54,978 nt of DNA from Myxococcota bacterium (GTDB lineage Bacteria; Myxococcota; XYA12-FULL-58-9; JABJBS01), in assembly GCA_036230545.1 (NCBI GenBank), contig JAZAIZ010000177.1:1-54978 (forward strand), in the 5' to 3' direction. The stretch's first letter is position 1. Every line of letters starts with the position of its first letter. Below the pieces are notes generated by a model. That model did not search any database. It was not told the DNA's origin and saw nothing but the letters and a program-made list of their open reading frames with translations. The position numbers and the translations under genes are program-made. Shown piece by piece: positions 37,854 through 47,662 of the stretch.

Positions 37854-39083
37854 TCAAGCAGGATCGGGGAAATACTTAGCCTCAACAGAGTCGTAATAGT
37901 CGATCACCCGGCGGACGTAGCTCCGCTTGGTGAGATAATTTCCGGGGAAGAAGCTGCGCTTAAACCCATAGATTACAATGGACTTTAAGTCCTTCCGGGT
38001 GAGTCCAAGCTTGTCCACCGCCAGCTTCAGCTCCCGTGTCACCGTGGTGTTGCTGACGGTGCGGTTGTCGGTACAGATCGTGGTGGAGAGGCGGTGTTGG
38101 CGCAGGGCCCGAAAAGTGTGCTCGCTGAGGTCTTCCATATCGGGGTTGGTCTGCAGGTTGCTCGTGAGGCACACCTCAATGGTAATTCGACGGTCCGCGA
38201 CATACTGCCCCAGCAAATCGACGTATTGCTCACGATCTGAAATCGTGGGGTCCTGAATCGCGTTGGGGTCAAGCAGGTAGGTCCCGTGGCCTATTCGATC
38301 GGCATAAAGGTCGGTCACCGCCTGAAAGATACTCTCGGGGCCGTAGGCCTCTCCAGCATGAACCGTCTTCTTTAAAAAGTTCTTCTTGGCGAACTGAAAC
38401 GCCGTGATGTGGTCCTCGGCAGGATAACCCGACTCCTCACCAGCGAGGTCAAAGCCCACCACCGGCAGGCCGTATTCATCCCGCGCAATCACCGCCGAGC
38501 GGGCAAGCTCAAGGGAGGCCATGTTGTAGACCTCTTTGTCGGGGGCATATCGATGAGCGTCGATCAGGTTCGTAAAGTATTCGCTGAAGCCCCGTCGAAA
38601 CATGCGCATGGCACAGCAGATGATCCCATACTCAAAGGGGGGCTCCTCCCCGCTGATGACCTCGGCCTTGCTGTTAAACTCGGTCTTGGCCCGCTCCAAC
38701 CCACGATTAACCGCCCTGAGCACCATCACCCCATTCATGTGCTTGTGCACATGCAGTTGGGGAGCAAATCGCACCTCAAGGTAGCGCACGCCCTCCTGCT
38801 GATTATCCAGCGCCAACTCATAGCCGCATCGCTCGAGGGCGGGCTCGCTCTGCATCACCGCGCACGAGTAAGCGAATCCTGTCAGATAATCACCGAGGCT
38901 GTCGTAGCGATCTTTAAAGACCAGCTCCCGCAACCCACTCTCGGTGTAGCTTGGGAGCTCAACGTTGTACTCCTTCGCCAAATCCACCAGGGTGTTAATT
39001 CGAATCGAGCCGTCAAGATGGACATGCAGGTCGGTCTTGGGCAATTCCTCAAGAAATTCAGTTGTAATCGTCTCGTCGTTCAC
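37854..39083 (-). CDS. add: Adenosine deaminase
   Basis: PKTDLHVHLDGS, YLEVRFAP, GFDLAGEE, TVHAGEAYG, RIGHG, EVCLTSN, CTDN; GTG start. Confidence 0.92.
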   Translation of the reverse strand: MNDETITTEFLEELPKTDLHVHLDGSIRINTLVDLAKEYNVELPSYTESGLRELVFKDRYDSLGDYLTGFAYSCAVMQSEPALERCGYELALDNQQEGVRYLEVRFAPQLHVHKHMNGVMVLRAVNRGLERAKTEFNSKAEVISGEEPPFEYGIICCAMRMFRRGFSEYFTNLIDAHRYAPDKEVYNMASLELARSAVIARDEYGLPVVGFDLAGEESGYPAEDHITAFQFAKKNFLKKTVHAGEAYGPESIFQAVTDLYADRIGHGTYLLDPNAIQDPTISDREQYVDLLGQYVADRRITIEVCLTSNLQTNPDMEDLSEHTFRALRQHRLSTTICTDNRTVSNTTVTRELKLAVDKLGLTRKDLKSIVIYGFKRSFFPGNYLTKRSYVRRVIDYYDSVEAKYFPDPA

Positions 39084-39167
39084 ACCGACACTCCCTGAAA
39101 GTTCCCGTCACCCCGTCCTCTTAGTGCTACTTTAGTCCATCTGAGCCCCTTAGTCACCCTTTTGACG

Positions 39168-39180
39168 CAAGCGACTGATT
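39168..39180. promoter_or_regulatory. IHF consensus site
   Basis: CAAGCGACTGATT is the reverse complement of WATCARNNNNTTR. Confidence 0.5.
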
Positions 39181-39240
39181 TAACGAAGGCTTTTCTCGCT
39201 GACGCTGGGTCACCCGATAACCAGCTTTGCTTGATCCCCC

Positions 39241-39268
39241 AAAAAAAAGGGTGGGAAAAACCCACCCT
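39241..39268 (-). terminator. Rho-independent terminator downstream of the YaiI-family gene
   Basis: Minus strand AGGGUGGG-UUUUU-CCCACCCU followed by a U tract. Confidence 0.7.
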
Positions 39269-39360
39269 CTTTAGGAGATTCTCATTGTTGAAGGAGATGA
39301 TTCGATGCTGATAGTGGATGCTGATATTGCAGAAACTTCCGCGGCCTCCGCGGCCTAACA

Positions 39361-39373
39361 CAAGTGACTGATT
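39361..39373. promoter_or_regulatory. IHF consensus site
   Basis: CAAGTGACTGATT, nearly identical to the site at 39168. Confidence 0.5.
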
Positions 39374-39385
39374 TAGGTTCCTTTT

Positions 39386-39856
39386 TCACTTCCCCTCCGC
39401 AAACTCCCTGTCCAACGCCACTAAAATCTGGTCCAGCTTCCCCAAAAACGCCGACCTGTCTTTCGGCTGCATAGGCTTGGGTCCACCGGTCTCAATCCCC
39501 ATCTCCCTCAGGTTTTGTGAGAGCTCCCGACTGGCCAAAGCATCCCCGATGGAATCCGGCGAAAACTCCTTTCCCTTCTGCCCCAAAACCCTCGCGCCTT
39601 TATCCAGGCACAGGGCCGCCAGGGGAATATCATTGGTGACAACAACGTCTCCCTGCTCACATCGTTCTGCGATCCACGCATCAGCGACATCGTCCCCCTG
39701 CTCCACCGTGATAGCCGTGATCATGGGGTTTTGGGGAGTTTGGATATATTGATTGGCCACCACAAAGACCCTCCACCCCCAGCGATTCGCAACTTTATAA
39801 CACTCGTTCTTCACAGAGCAGGCGTCAGCGTCAATGTACATCGTTCTCATGGTCAT
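39386..39856 (-). CDS. YaiI/YqxD (DUF188) family protein
   Basis: YIDADAC.VK, VVAN, ADAWI, DVVVTNDIPLA, GGPKP; exact start uncertain. Confidence 0.9.
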   Translation of the reverse strand: MTMRTMYIDADACSVKNECYKVANRWGWRVFVVANQYIQTPQNPMITAITVEQGDDVADAWIAERCEQGDVVVTNDIPLAALCLDKGARVLGQKGKEFSPDSIGDALASRELSQNLREMGIETGGPKPMQPKDRSAFLGKLDQILVALDREFAEGK

Positions 39857-39979
39857 CCTGAGTCAAAGGTGGTTCAAAGGCTCCTGGCTTGCCAGCCCTC
39901 CCCCTTACTTGCCCCGGCCCCTTCATACCGCTATTAGCCTCCCCTACACGGAGCCAACAGGGTACCGGGAAGGAACACC

Positions 39980-42190
39980 ATGATCAACCGAAGACACTTT
40001 ATGAAAACCTCCGTAGCGGCCGCCGGCTGCCTGATGGTGGGCGTACGATGCGGCGAGTCCTCCACCTACAAAGACGGAGCGGCGTACTTTCCCCAATCCC
40101 TGGCGTCGGGCGACCCCAAAAGTGACAGCGTCATCCTCTGGACCCGGGCAGTGGATCCCAAGCGACCCACAGCTGATCTCAGCGTCCAGCTGGAGGTTGC
40201 CCTGGACCCCTCCTTTGACAACCCCATCAGCTTCGACGGCTCTCCCTCACTCACCCTCAAGGCCACCGCCGGCTCCGACCACTGCATCAAGGTGCGCATC
40301 ACGAGCCTGCAGCCCCACACCACCTACTACTACCGCTTCCTCTACAAAGACGCCAAAGGCCAGTCCTACACCTCACACACCGGCCGCACCCGCACCGCGC
40401 CCGCTGCCAACACCGACACCCCCGTGCAATTTGCGGTGGTCTCCTGCCAGGACTACAACGCGCGATATTACAACACCCTCCGCAGGCTCGCCGACGAAGA
40501 CGTCGACTTCATCGTACACCTGGGAGACTACGTTTACGAGACCTCCGAGCGCCTCTCCTTTCAAGACAGCAGCGAGACGCGCAACTTCAGCTTCTCCCAA
40601 CCCGATGAGGCCCTCACCATCAACCCTGGCCAGTCAGACTCCTACCAGGCAGCCAAGAGCGTGGGCAATTATCGCGACCTCTACAAAACCTACCGCTCCG
40701 ATCCGGACCTGCAACGACTCCACGAGCTCTTCCCCTTCATCATCATCTGGGATGACCACGAGTTCAGCGACGACTCCTTTGGGGCAACCGGCACCTATTA
40801 CGACGGAGCCGAAGACGAGCACAACGTTCCACGCCGCAAAGCCGCCAACCAAGCCTGGTTTGAGTTTATGCCCGTGGACTACATGGACAACCCCGATTTT
40901 CAATACGATCCGGACGCGACCTATCCCGACGACATCCGTATTTATCGAGACTTCACCTTCGGCAAGCACGTGCATCTGGTGATGACCGACCTTCGCAGCT
41001 ACCGCCCGGATCACCTCGTGGCAGAAAAGATGGCCCCCTGGAAAATCGCAGTCACCAGCGCCGACCTGACGCAATACGCCACGCAAATCACCACCACTCT
41101 GGGAGAGGCCGCCGACGCCTTCCCCGAAGCCTATGTTCCAAGCTTTGACGATCTCAGCGCGGGGCATCAGGATCTCCTGCGCAGCGCTGCGCTAAACGCC
41201 GGGGTGCCCGAAGCCGAGGTAGAAGAATCGGTGCAGGGTGCGGTGAGCGTAGCGTTTCTCAACAGCCTGATCGCCGACGAAGACCTGGACACCGGCGAGC
41301 TCGCCCCCATCGACGAGACCTCCCTCGAGCGTGGGATCGCCTATCACCACATGGGCAAGTGGTCGTATCACAGCGCCCTTGGGAGTCGACAGCTCGTGGT
41401 GGAGACGCCCTACCGCATCTTCGCCCTGGTGCAATACCTCAAGACTCAGGGAGAGAGCGAGCAGATCATGGGCGCCACACAGGAGGACTGGTTTCTCGCC
41501 ACCATGCGGGAGTCCACAGCCACCTGGAAGGTGTGGGGCAATGAGTTTATCTTCTCGCCCATGCTATCGGATGTCACCGGGCTGGTGAACTCCGAGCGCT
41601 TCAGCCAGAAGTTTCAAGTCAGCAGCGAAGATTGGCACGCGCAACCCAACCGACGAGACTTTCTCCTCGAAGAGCTCGGGACGCTCGACAACGTGGTGCT
41701 GGTGACCGGAGACATTCACGCCTTCTACGCCTCCACAACCTCCCCAAAAAGCGATCCCAACAAGGGGCTGGTGGAGTTTGTCACCGGCGCGGTTTCCTCC
41801 AAAACCTACCGCGCCATGCTGCTCAACAAGGCTACGTCAGATCCTGTCCTCGCCGCAGCGGGAGCCGCCGGTCTCGCCTTTGGTATCGACCAAATCCTCA
41901 CGAGTTCCCAACGCAAAACCAACCCCGGCCTCGCCTTCGCCGACAGCGACAAGAACGGGTTTATCGTCATTAAGGCCAGCGCGACCGAGCTCGTTGCCAC
42001 CCTGCACATGATCGATGGCAAGCATGCGACCACCCACCAGGGAGAGGGAGCCGCCCTGAACGCTCTCTTTGAGACAACCCGCTTTCGGGTCAAGGCGGGC
42101 TCCCACCAACTCCACCTCGAAGAAAGCGGAGCATTGAGAGCCTGGTGCACCGAAACAGCCCAATGGAAAGCCCCCGGCAGCGCCACTTAA
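39980..42190 (+). CDS. phoD: Alkaline phosphatase D family protein, Tat-exported
   Basis: Tat motif NRRHFM; SLASGDP...VILWTR, GRTRTAP, SCQDY, HLGDYVYE, WDDHE, TGDIH. Confidence 0.92.
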   Translation: MINRRHFMKTSVAAAGCLMVGVRCGESSTYKDGAAYFPQSLASGDPKSDSVILWTRAVDPKRPTADLSVQLEVALDPSFDNPISFDGSPSLTLKATAGSDHCIKVRITSLQPHTTYYYRFLYKDAKGQSYTSHTGRTRTAPAANTDTPVQFAVVSCQDYNARYYNTLRRLADEDVDFIVHLGDYVYETSERLSFQDSSETRNFSFSQPDEALTINPGQSDSYQAAKSVGNYRDLYKTYRSDPDLQRLHELFPFIIIWDDHEFSDDSFGATGTYYDGAEDEHNVPRRKAANQAWFEFMPVDYMDNPDFQYDPDATYPDDIRIYRDFTFGKHVHLVMTDLRSYRPDHLVAEKMAPWKIAVTSADLTQYATQITTTLGEAADAFPEAYVPSFDDLSAGHQDLLRSAALNAGVPEAEVEESVQGAVSVAFLNSLIADEDLDTGELAPIDETSLERGIAYHHMGKWSYHSALGSRQLVVETPYRIFALVQYLKTQGESEQIMGATQEDWFLATMRESTATWKVWGNEFIFSPMLSDVTGLVNSERFSQKFQVSSEDWHAQPNRRDFLLEELGTLDNVVLVTGDIHAFYASTTSPKSDPNKGLVEFVTGAVSSKTYRAMLLNKATSDPVLAAAGAAGLAFGIDQILTSSQRKTNPGLAFADSDKNGFIVIKASATELVATLHMIDGKHATTHQGEGAALNALFETTRFRVKAGSHQLHLEESGALRAWCTETAQWKAPGSAT

Positions 42191-42198
42191 CACAACAA

Positions 42199-42242
42199 CA
42201 AAAATGCGGCGGCCACCTCGGATAAACCGGGCGACCGCCGCA
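42199..42242 (-). terminator. Terminator for the Cys-rich lipoprotein gene
   Basis: Minus-strand GCGGCGGUCGCC...GGUGGCCGCCGC stem followed by AUUUUUG. Confidence 0.7.
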
Positions 42243-42277
42243 CCTTATCTTTCAAAACGCTGTCCGACTCAATCGGA

Positions 42278-43207
42278 TCAATCCGCCGATGGTCCCCGCG
42301 CACAAAGGCTGAAAACATCATCGCAGCCCGCCGTGGTTCGACAAGAGCCACAACCCACGAGCGCCGCTGTACAGTCAGCGCTGCATGTCGCGTCACACTG
42401 CGTTGAGATAGCCGCACACTCCGTCAGGCAGTTGGTCAGGGTACAACCCAGCACTGCCGCATAACAGGTGAGGCAACCATCAGTCAGACTGGAACCCAGG
42501 TAGTCCTCACCCTTCATGCAGGCCACCGAACAGGCCACGGGGTCCGAATCAGCGAGACATCCGGTGCCGCAGGTAGTCGCCGCGCTGGAGGCAGCGTCTG
42601 CGCCCGTCTTAGGCGAGCCACAGCTGCTGGTGGCAGCGTCCCACGTGCAGGTGACGCCGTTGTTCGCTAAAAGAATAGCCCCACCCGCGGTGCAGTTGGC
42701 TTCCGAAGGAGGAGGCACGCAGCCAGCTGGCGTGTGAACACAGTTCGCCGCAGCACAGGCTGCAGCATCCGCAGAGTGCGCGCCACAGGTGGCGGCGGTC
42801 GTGGCAAGACACCCCGTCGTCTCCCCTGTCCAGGTACAACCGGTAATTGCCGCGCACGTCGTAGCATCCGCGCCGCCGGCACAAGCCACACCCGCGCCAA
42901 CAAGGCCCGCGCCCTGACAACCAGCCACCGCTGCCTTTCCGCTGCACTCTGCCTCACCCCAGGAACCATCGCCCAAAACACTTACGCTGTAGGCGGCGTC
43001 ATCAGTTCCCGTGCACAGCCCGTTGCAATCAGCTGAGCAATTGCCGAAGTTTTCACCGGCATCACAGGTTCCGTTGTTGTCGCAAACCTCAACCGGAGTG
43101 GTGTCTGCGGGGGCATCGTCTTTGTCGTCTGTATCATCGCCACAGCCGACGATGAGCGCCACACATCCCAGCACCAGCGGGAACATCATTCTTTTCAAAT
43201 TCTTCAT
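42278..43207 (-). CDS. Cysteine-rich lipoprotein of unknown function
   Basis: Lipobox LIVG-C; GAAGGAG RBS; 36 Cys in 309 aa. Confidence 0.8.
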   Translation of the reverse strand: MKNLKRMMFPLVLGCVALIVGCGDDTDDKDDAPADTTPVEVCDNNGTCDAGENFGNCSADCNGLCTGTDDAAYSVSVLGDGSWGEAECSGKAAVAGCQGAGLVGAGVACAGGADATTCAAITGCTWTGETTGCLATTAATCGAHSADAAACAAANCVHTPAGCVPPPSEANCTAGGAILLANNGVTCTWDAATSSCGSPKTGADAASSAATTCGTGCLADSDPVACSVACMKGEDYLGSSLTDGCLTCYAAVLGCTLTNCLTECAAISTQCDATCSADCTAALVGCGSCRTTAGCDDVFSLCARGPSAD

Positions 43208-43499
43208 TGGATTGGTCTCCTTCAGTAAAGCAGCTCATTGACGGAAGGCTCACAGGAGCGCCCCATGAGTTTCGCCGTTAAAAAGCAAACATCATCACAG
43301 TCTTAACGGCAGACTCTCTAACAAACATCCCCCTGTGGACAAAGAATTCAAGCAAGAAAAATCCGCCTCTCTCCGACTTTACCCGACGCGCTGCGCCCCT
43401 TGCCCTTTCATCACAGCTTCGCTAAGGGGAGCCCGCCAACAATCCCCTTTATCGCGGGGTTCACCTCTGAACCCTTTCGCCCAACCAGGAGACTCATCC

Positions 43500-45875
43500 A
43501 TGCCCGGCTTCCCCCTCCCCAAAAAGTTCTCCTGCCAAAGAGGCCTGCGCCTGGGGTGCCTGCTCGCCGCGCTCGCCCTCAGTGCCGGCTGCCACAACGA
43601 CGATGACTCCCTCAGCGACATTAGCTTTCGCGCCGGCCTCGACCCAGCCCAGTCCATTTCCGCAGCGCCCTTTCCCAACGACCTCTACCTCGATGAAAAC
43701 GGCGCGGTGAAGCTCAAGCCCCTGGGGGAAGATCCTCTCTTCGCCACCCTCTCCACCCCGACGTTTCTCACCAACCTCTCCGAGCGCATCGCTCAACAGC
43801 GCGGCTTCTCCTTCGCGAGCCCGGTGTTCTTTTTCATCGACCAACCCGTGGACGTGACCTCAACCCAGGAGCGCGTGCACATCATCACTCTCTCCGGCCC
43901 CGAAGCCGGGCGCGTGGTGCAAGCACAGACCTTCTGGTCCCAACACGGGCAGGCCCTGGGGGTGATGCCCTCGTGGCAAGACTACCTCATGCCCGGCTCC
44001 ACCTACGGCGTGGTCATCACCCAGGGCGTCAAGCTAAGCTCCGGTGACACCGTCAACCCCGGCTCCATCGGGGCCTCCCTCTTCGCCTCCAAAGCTCCTG
44101 CGAATGCAAGCGACGAGCTCACCCGCGCCCGCCTCGTCTACGCCCCCCTGCGCGACCATTGGGCAAAAGCGGGACACTCCGCCAGCCACGTCATCGCCGC
44201 GACGATGTTCACCACCGCCAAGAGCCTTCCCTTCGGCGAGGCCGCCTTCGCCGCTGTGGACGCGTTCTTCGCCCTCAACCCCAGCCCCTCGCCCACCCGA
44301 CGCATCCGCTACGACACGGCGAGCGCCAGTTTTCAAGAGGCACCCATCATCGGTCGGGAGGGCATCGAGGCCTTCTTTGGCACCCCCACCGCCCCCTTTG
44401 AATTCAACCCCGGCAACTGGGGTGCCTGGAGCCGCGAGAACGCCGTCGCCCTTGAAGGGGGCAGCGCTTATGCGGGCGGCTCCCTGCACCAAGGCATCGC
44501 CACCGTCATCAACGGCACCCTCACCGCCCCCGCCCTAAACTACGACCTCGTGGACGGCACCGCCCAAAGCGCCCCCCTCCGCATCGAGGCGGGCGTCGCC
44601 CAATCCCCCGTTCACACCCTGATCCCCTTCACCCTTTACCTCTGTGAGCAGCACCTCCAACCAAGCGGCGACGTGATAAACGCGCCCTTGCCTGTGGCGC
44701 TCTACACCCACGGCGGCACCGCCTCCCGCAACAGCGCCCGCGCCCACGCGGTGATGAACTGCCTCGAAGGCGTCGCCACCCTCGGCCACGACCTCCCCTT
44801 TCACGGCGGACGCAGCCGGAGCGCCCAGGTCCTCGAAGGCGAGCGCGTCATCGTTGCCCCCTCCACCCTCGACAAGCTCAACGAGTTCACCGGCGAGGAG
44901 ACACCCGATGGCCCCGGAGATTACGTGGGCGATCCGGTGGGCACCGTCACTAACGTGGGTGAACTCTACGGTCTCAGCTCGGCCCTGGACCCCGGGGTGG
45001 TCGAGGCCAACCTCATCACCATCGCCACCGAAGCCTACGCCCTAACCCGCTACCTCAAAGACGGCGACTGGAACCCTCTCCTGTCCGGGCTCCGCTTCGA
45101 CCGCACCCGGGTGTTTCACCAGAGCCAAAGCTACGGCACCACCTTCACCCAGGCCCTGCACGCCCTGCGCAGCGAGCACGCAGCGGTCTTCAGCAGCGTT
45201 GGCAGCGGTTACATCGTCACCGCCAATGTCCCCGCCGCCCCCTACAACGCAGGCCTCGGCAGCGGTTTCATGCGGCTCGCCATGGGGCTGAAGTCAACGG
45301 CCATCGAGCTTCAGGAGGGCGCCTGGAAAGATCCCATCGTCAGTATTCATCAGTGGCTCTGCCAACGCAGCGACGCCATGGCCTATGCTCCCTACGTCCT
45401 GCGCCACCGACAGGACGACCACTCCATGGTGATGCTCAGCATGGGCAACAGCTGGGACCACACCCTCTCAAGCTACGGCCAACTCGCCTTCGACACCGCC
45501 CTCGGAACCCCGGTCTATCGCTTCGGGCCCGAGTGGACCCTCGACGCCCGCCTGCCCCGCGGGGCCGACCACGGCCAGCCCTTGCCCGAGGGAGAGACCC
45601 TCACCAACACCATCGAATACGGGGGACGCACTCACACCGCGGCGCATTTCTACAGCGCCCTCAGCTGCCACACCCTGCAAAGCACCCCCTACTGCACCCG
45701 CTCCTTTGAGCTCATGTACCCGCCGGTCACTGCGCTCCCGGAGCTTGTGGCGGGCCCCTCCCCCCTCTGCGCCTATCAGCACCAGGCCCGAGAGCTGCTG
45801 CGCACCACCCTTGCCGGCGCCCCAGTCATCGGCGCGCCCGGTGGCAGCTGCGAAGCCCTCTACGGCACCCCTTGA
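43500..45875 (+). CDS. Lipoprotein with Ig-like N-terminus and alpha/beta-hydrolase (lipase-like) domain
   Basis: Lipobox LSAG-C; PFPNDLY...GFS N-terminal motif of extracellular lipases; YTHGG oxyanion region; DLPFHGGR; nucleophile-like SQSYG. Confidence 0.7.
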   Translation: MPGFPLPKKFSCQRGLRLGCLLAALALSAGCHNDDDSLSDISFRAGLDPAQSISAAPFPNDLYLDENGAVKLKPLGEDPLFATLSTPTFLTNLSERIAQQRGFSFASPVFFFIDQPVDVTSTQERVHIITLSGPEAGRVVQAQTFWSQHGQALGVMPSWQDYLMPGSTYGVVITQGVKLSSGDTVNPGSIGASLFASKAPANASDELTRARLVYAPLRDHWAKAGHSASHVIAATMFTTAKSLPFGEAAFAAVDAFFALNPSPSPTRRIRYDTASASFQEAPIIGREGIEAFFGTPTAPFEFNPGNWGAWSRENAVALEGGSAYAGGSLHQGIATVINGTLTAPALNYDLVDGTAQSAPLRIEAGVAQSPVHTLIPFTLYLCEQHLQPSGDVINAPLPVALYTHGGTASRNSARAHAVMNCLEGVATLGHDLPFHGGRSRSAQVLEGERVIVAPSTLDKLNEFTGEETPDGPGDYVGDPVGTVTNVGELYGLSSALDPGVVEANLITIATEAYALTRYLKDGDWNPLLSGLRFDRTRVFHQSQSYGTTFTQALHALRSEHAAVFSSVGSGYIVTANVPAAPYNAGLGSGFMRLAMGLKSTAIELQEGAWKDPIVSIHQWLCQRSDAMAYAPYVLRHRQDDHSMVMLSMGNSWDHTLSSYGQLAFDTALGTPVYRFGPEWTLDARLPRGADHGQPLPEGETLTNTIEYGGRTHTAAHFYSALSCHTLQSTPYCTRSFELMYPPVTALPELVAGPSPLCAYQHQARELLRTTLAGAPVIGAPGGSCEALYGTP

Positions 45876-47548
45876 GCCCCTAAAGCGCTCCGAGTCAGGC
45901 TCCGGCCAGCTCGAAAGAGCCCCTCCCGATGACGGGCCCCCGCCTCTCTGCCCACCCACTCCAATGTCACCCCCCAGGAGTCCGAGAGCACGATGAGGGT
46001 CTGCACCTCCACCCCGTTGTTTAACCTGAAGCGCTCATAAATACCGGCCCGCGATCCCAACTCCCCCGGCTTCAGGGCCCGAGGCTCTTCTTCCCACACG
46101 GCGCCCTGGGGGAGCGTCGCGCTCTGCCTCCCCTGTAAAATCGAAGCACGCTGTCGCTCGAAAAGCTCCAGCGGGATCGCCTCCTGCATGGGGACCACCC
46201 CAAGCAGCACCTCGTCAAAGAGAAAATCTCCGTACACCACCTGCACGGCTCCCTCCGAGCCACTCCGATCTTCCCCCGAAAAGATGTCCGGCGCCTCCAG
46301 CGAAAAGCCCGAGGTCCCCACCTCCACCTGGTGCCACGACCAGGGCTGATTCAACGCCCAGGGCTTCCCCGCCTGCAGAGCCAGCCCAAAGGCCAAGAGG
46401 GCCACCACAGAGAGGGCAAGCGCCATCGCCCGAAGGCCAGCGCTCTCCCGGGGACTTCCCACGACCCCCTCTTTTCGGCCCCACAGGAGGACTCCAGAGC
46501 CCAAAAGCAGCCCCCCCACCAAACCGCCCCCGAGATGCGCCGCCATGTCAATGCGAGGCGCGAACGAGATCAAAAGATTAATACCAAGGTTGACCATCAC
46601 GCTGCGCTTCAAACGCGGCACCAACGCTTGGGGGATCACCCCCCGCGGCCAAAAAGCCAGCGCTCCCGCCGCCCCAAAGAGGCCCCAAAGTGCCCCGGAG
46701 GCCCCCACGCTCATGGGCGCGGTGTGACTTAACACACTGGCCAAAGAGCCGCCCACGGCGCTCAGCACCAAAATAACCGCCAACCTCGAACTCCCAAGGA
46801 GCTGCTCAACGAAGGTCCCAAGGGCCACCAGCACGTAACCATTGCAAGCCATGTGCAAGAGCCCGCTATGCAAAAAGGCCGACGAGAGCAGTCGCCACCA
46901 CTCCCCCTCAAGCACCCGAGACGGAACATTCGCCCCCATGCGGGCCAGCACATCGGGCCGCTCGGTTCCGCCAAAATACCACTCCGCCAAAAAGGCCAGC
47001 ACCAGCACCGCCGTAGTGACATAGGTGACCAAGGGCCGCTTTTGACTCAACCGGGTCCGAAATTCGCGCATCTCCTTCTCACGGGATTGTGCCGCCAAGA
47101 GCTGGCGCTTCACCTCCACCTGAAACCACTGCGGGTCGGGGAGTTCCACGTGCTCCGCCGCGCTCAGACGGGTCAGGGTCTTGCCCACCATGGCGGTCTT
47201 CTCACTCCGGGCTCCCACCCAGAGCTCGCCGCTCTCCTGCAGCTGATACACATAAAATCGGCAACGCCCCGCCGAGGCCATCTCCAGCTCCTGCAGGGGC
47301 TCCCGCAGGCTCTGCTCCCCCCCAAGGAGAACCACATGCAGCGCGCCCTGCTTGTGCACCGCCACAAGCCACTTTAATCGCTCCATAAATTGCTCTTCCA
47401 TCTCGGGCTCTGCGCGCAGGAGGATGAGCTGGGAGCCGTCCTTAAACTCAAAACGAGCGTCGTTGGGCTCAAAGTAGAGGAGATTTCCCTGGGCCTTTTC
47501 GTCGAGGGCCCAGGACTGAATCAAACTTAAAAACCAGGGATTCACCAT
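45860..47548 (-). CDS. Rhomboid family intramembrane serine protease with N- and C-terminal extensions
   Basis: EWWRLLSSAFLH, SVGASGALWG, DMAAHLGG; start uncertain (47548/47581). Confidence 0.85.
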   Translation of the reverse strand: MVNPWFLSLIQSWALDEKAQGNLLYFEPNDARFEFKDGSQLILLRAEPEMEEQFMERLKWLVAVHKQGALHVVLLGGEQSLREPLQELEMASAGRCRFYVYQLQESGELWVGARSEKTAMVGKTLTRLSAAEHVELPDPQWFQVEVKRQLLAAQSREKEMREFRTRLSQKRPLVTYVTTAVLVLAFLAEWYFGGTERPDVLARMGANVPSRVLEGEWWRLLSSAFLHSGLLHMACNGYVLVALGTFVEQLLGSSRLAVILVLSAVGGSLASVLSHTAPMSVGASGALWGLFGAAGALAFWPRGVIPQALVPRLKRSVMVNLGINLLISFAPRIDMAAHLGGGLVGGLLLGSGVLLWGRKEGVVGSPRESAGLRAMALALSVVALLAFGLALQAGKPWALNQPWSWHQVEVGTSGFSLEAPDIFSGEDRSGSEGAVQVVYGDFLFDEVLLGVVPMQEAIPLELFERQRASILQGRQSATLPQGAVWEEEPRALKPGELGSRAGIYERFRLNNGVEVQTLIVLSDSWGVTLEWVGREAGARHREGLFRAGRSLTRSALGAQGVP

Positions 47549-47662
47549 AGCCGAACCCAATAGCACATATTCCCCGCCCATCCCAACCACCCGAGGGCTT
47601 CCAAACAGGCTCTACTTAAGGTACTAGGTGTCCGCACCCCAGCCCCCAGAGTTGAAGCACCC

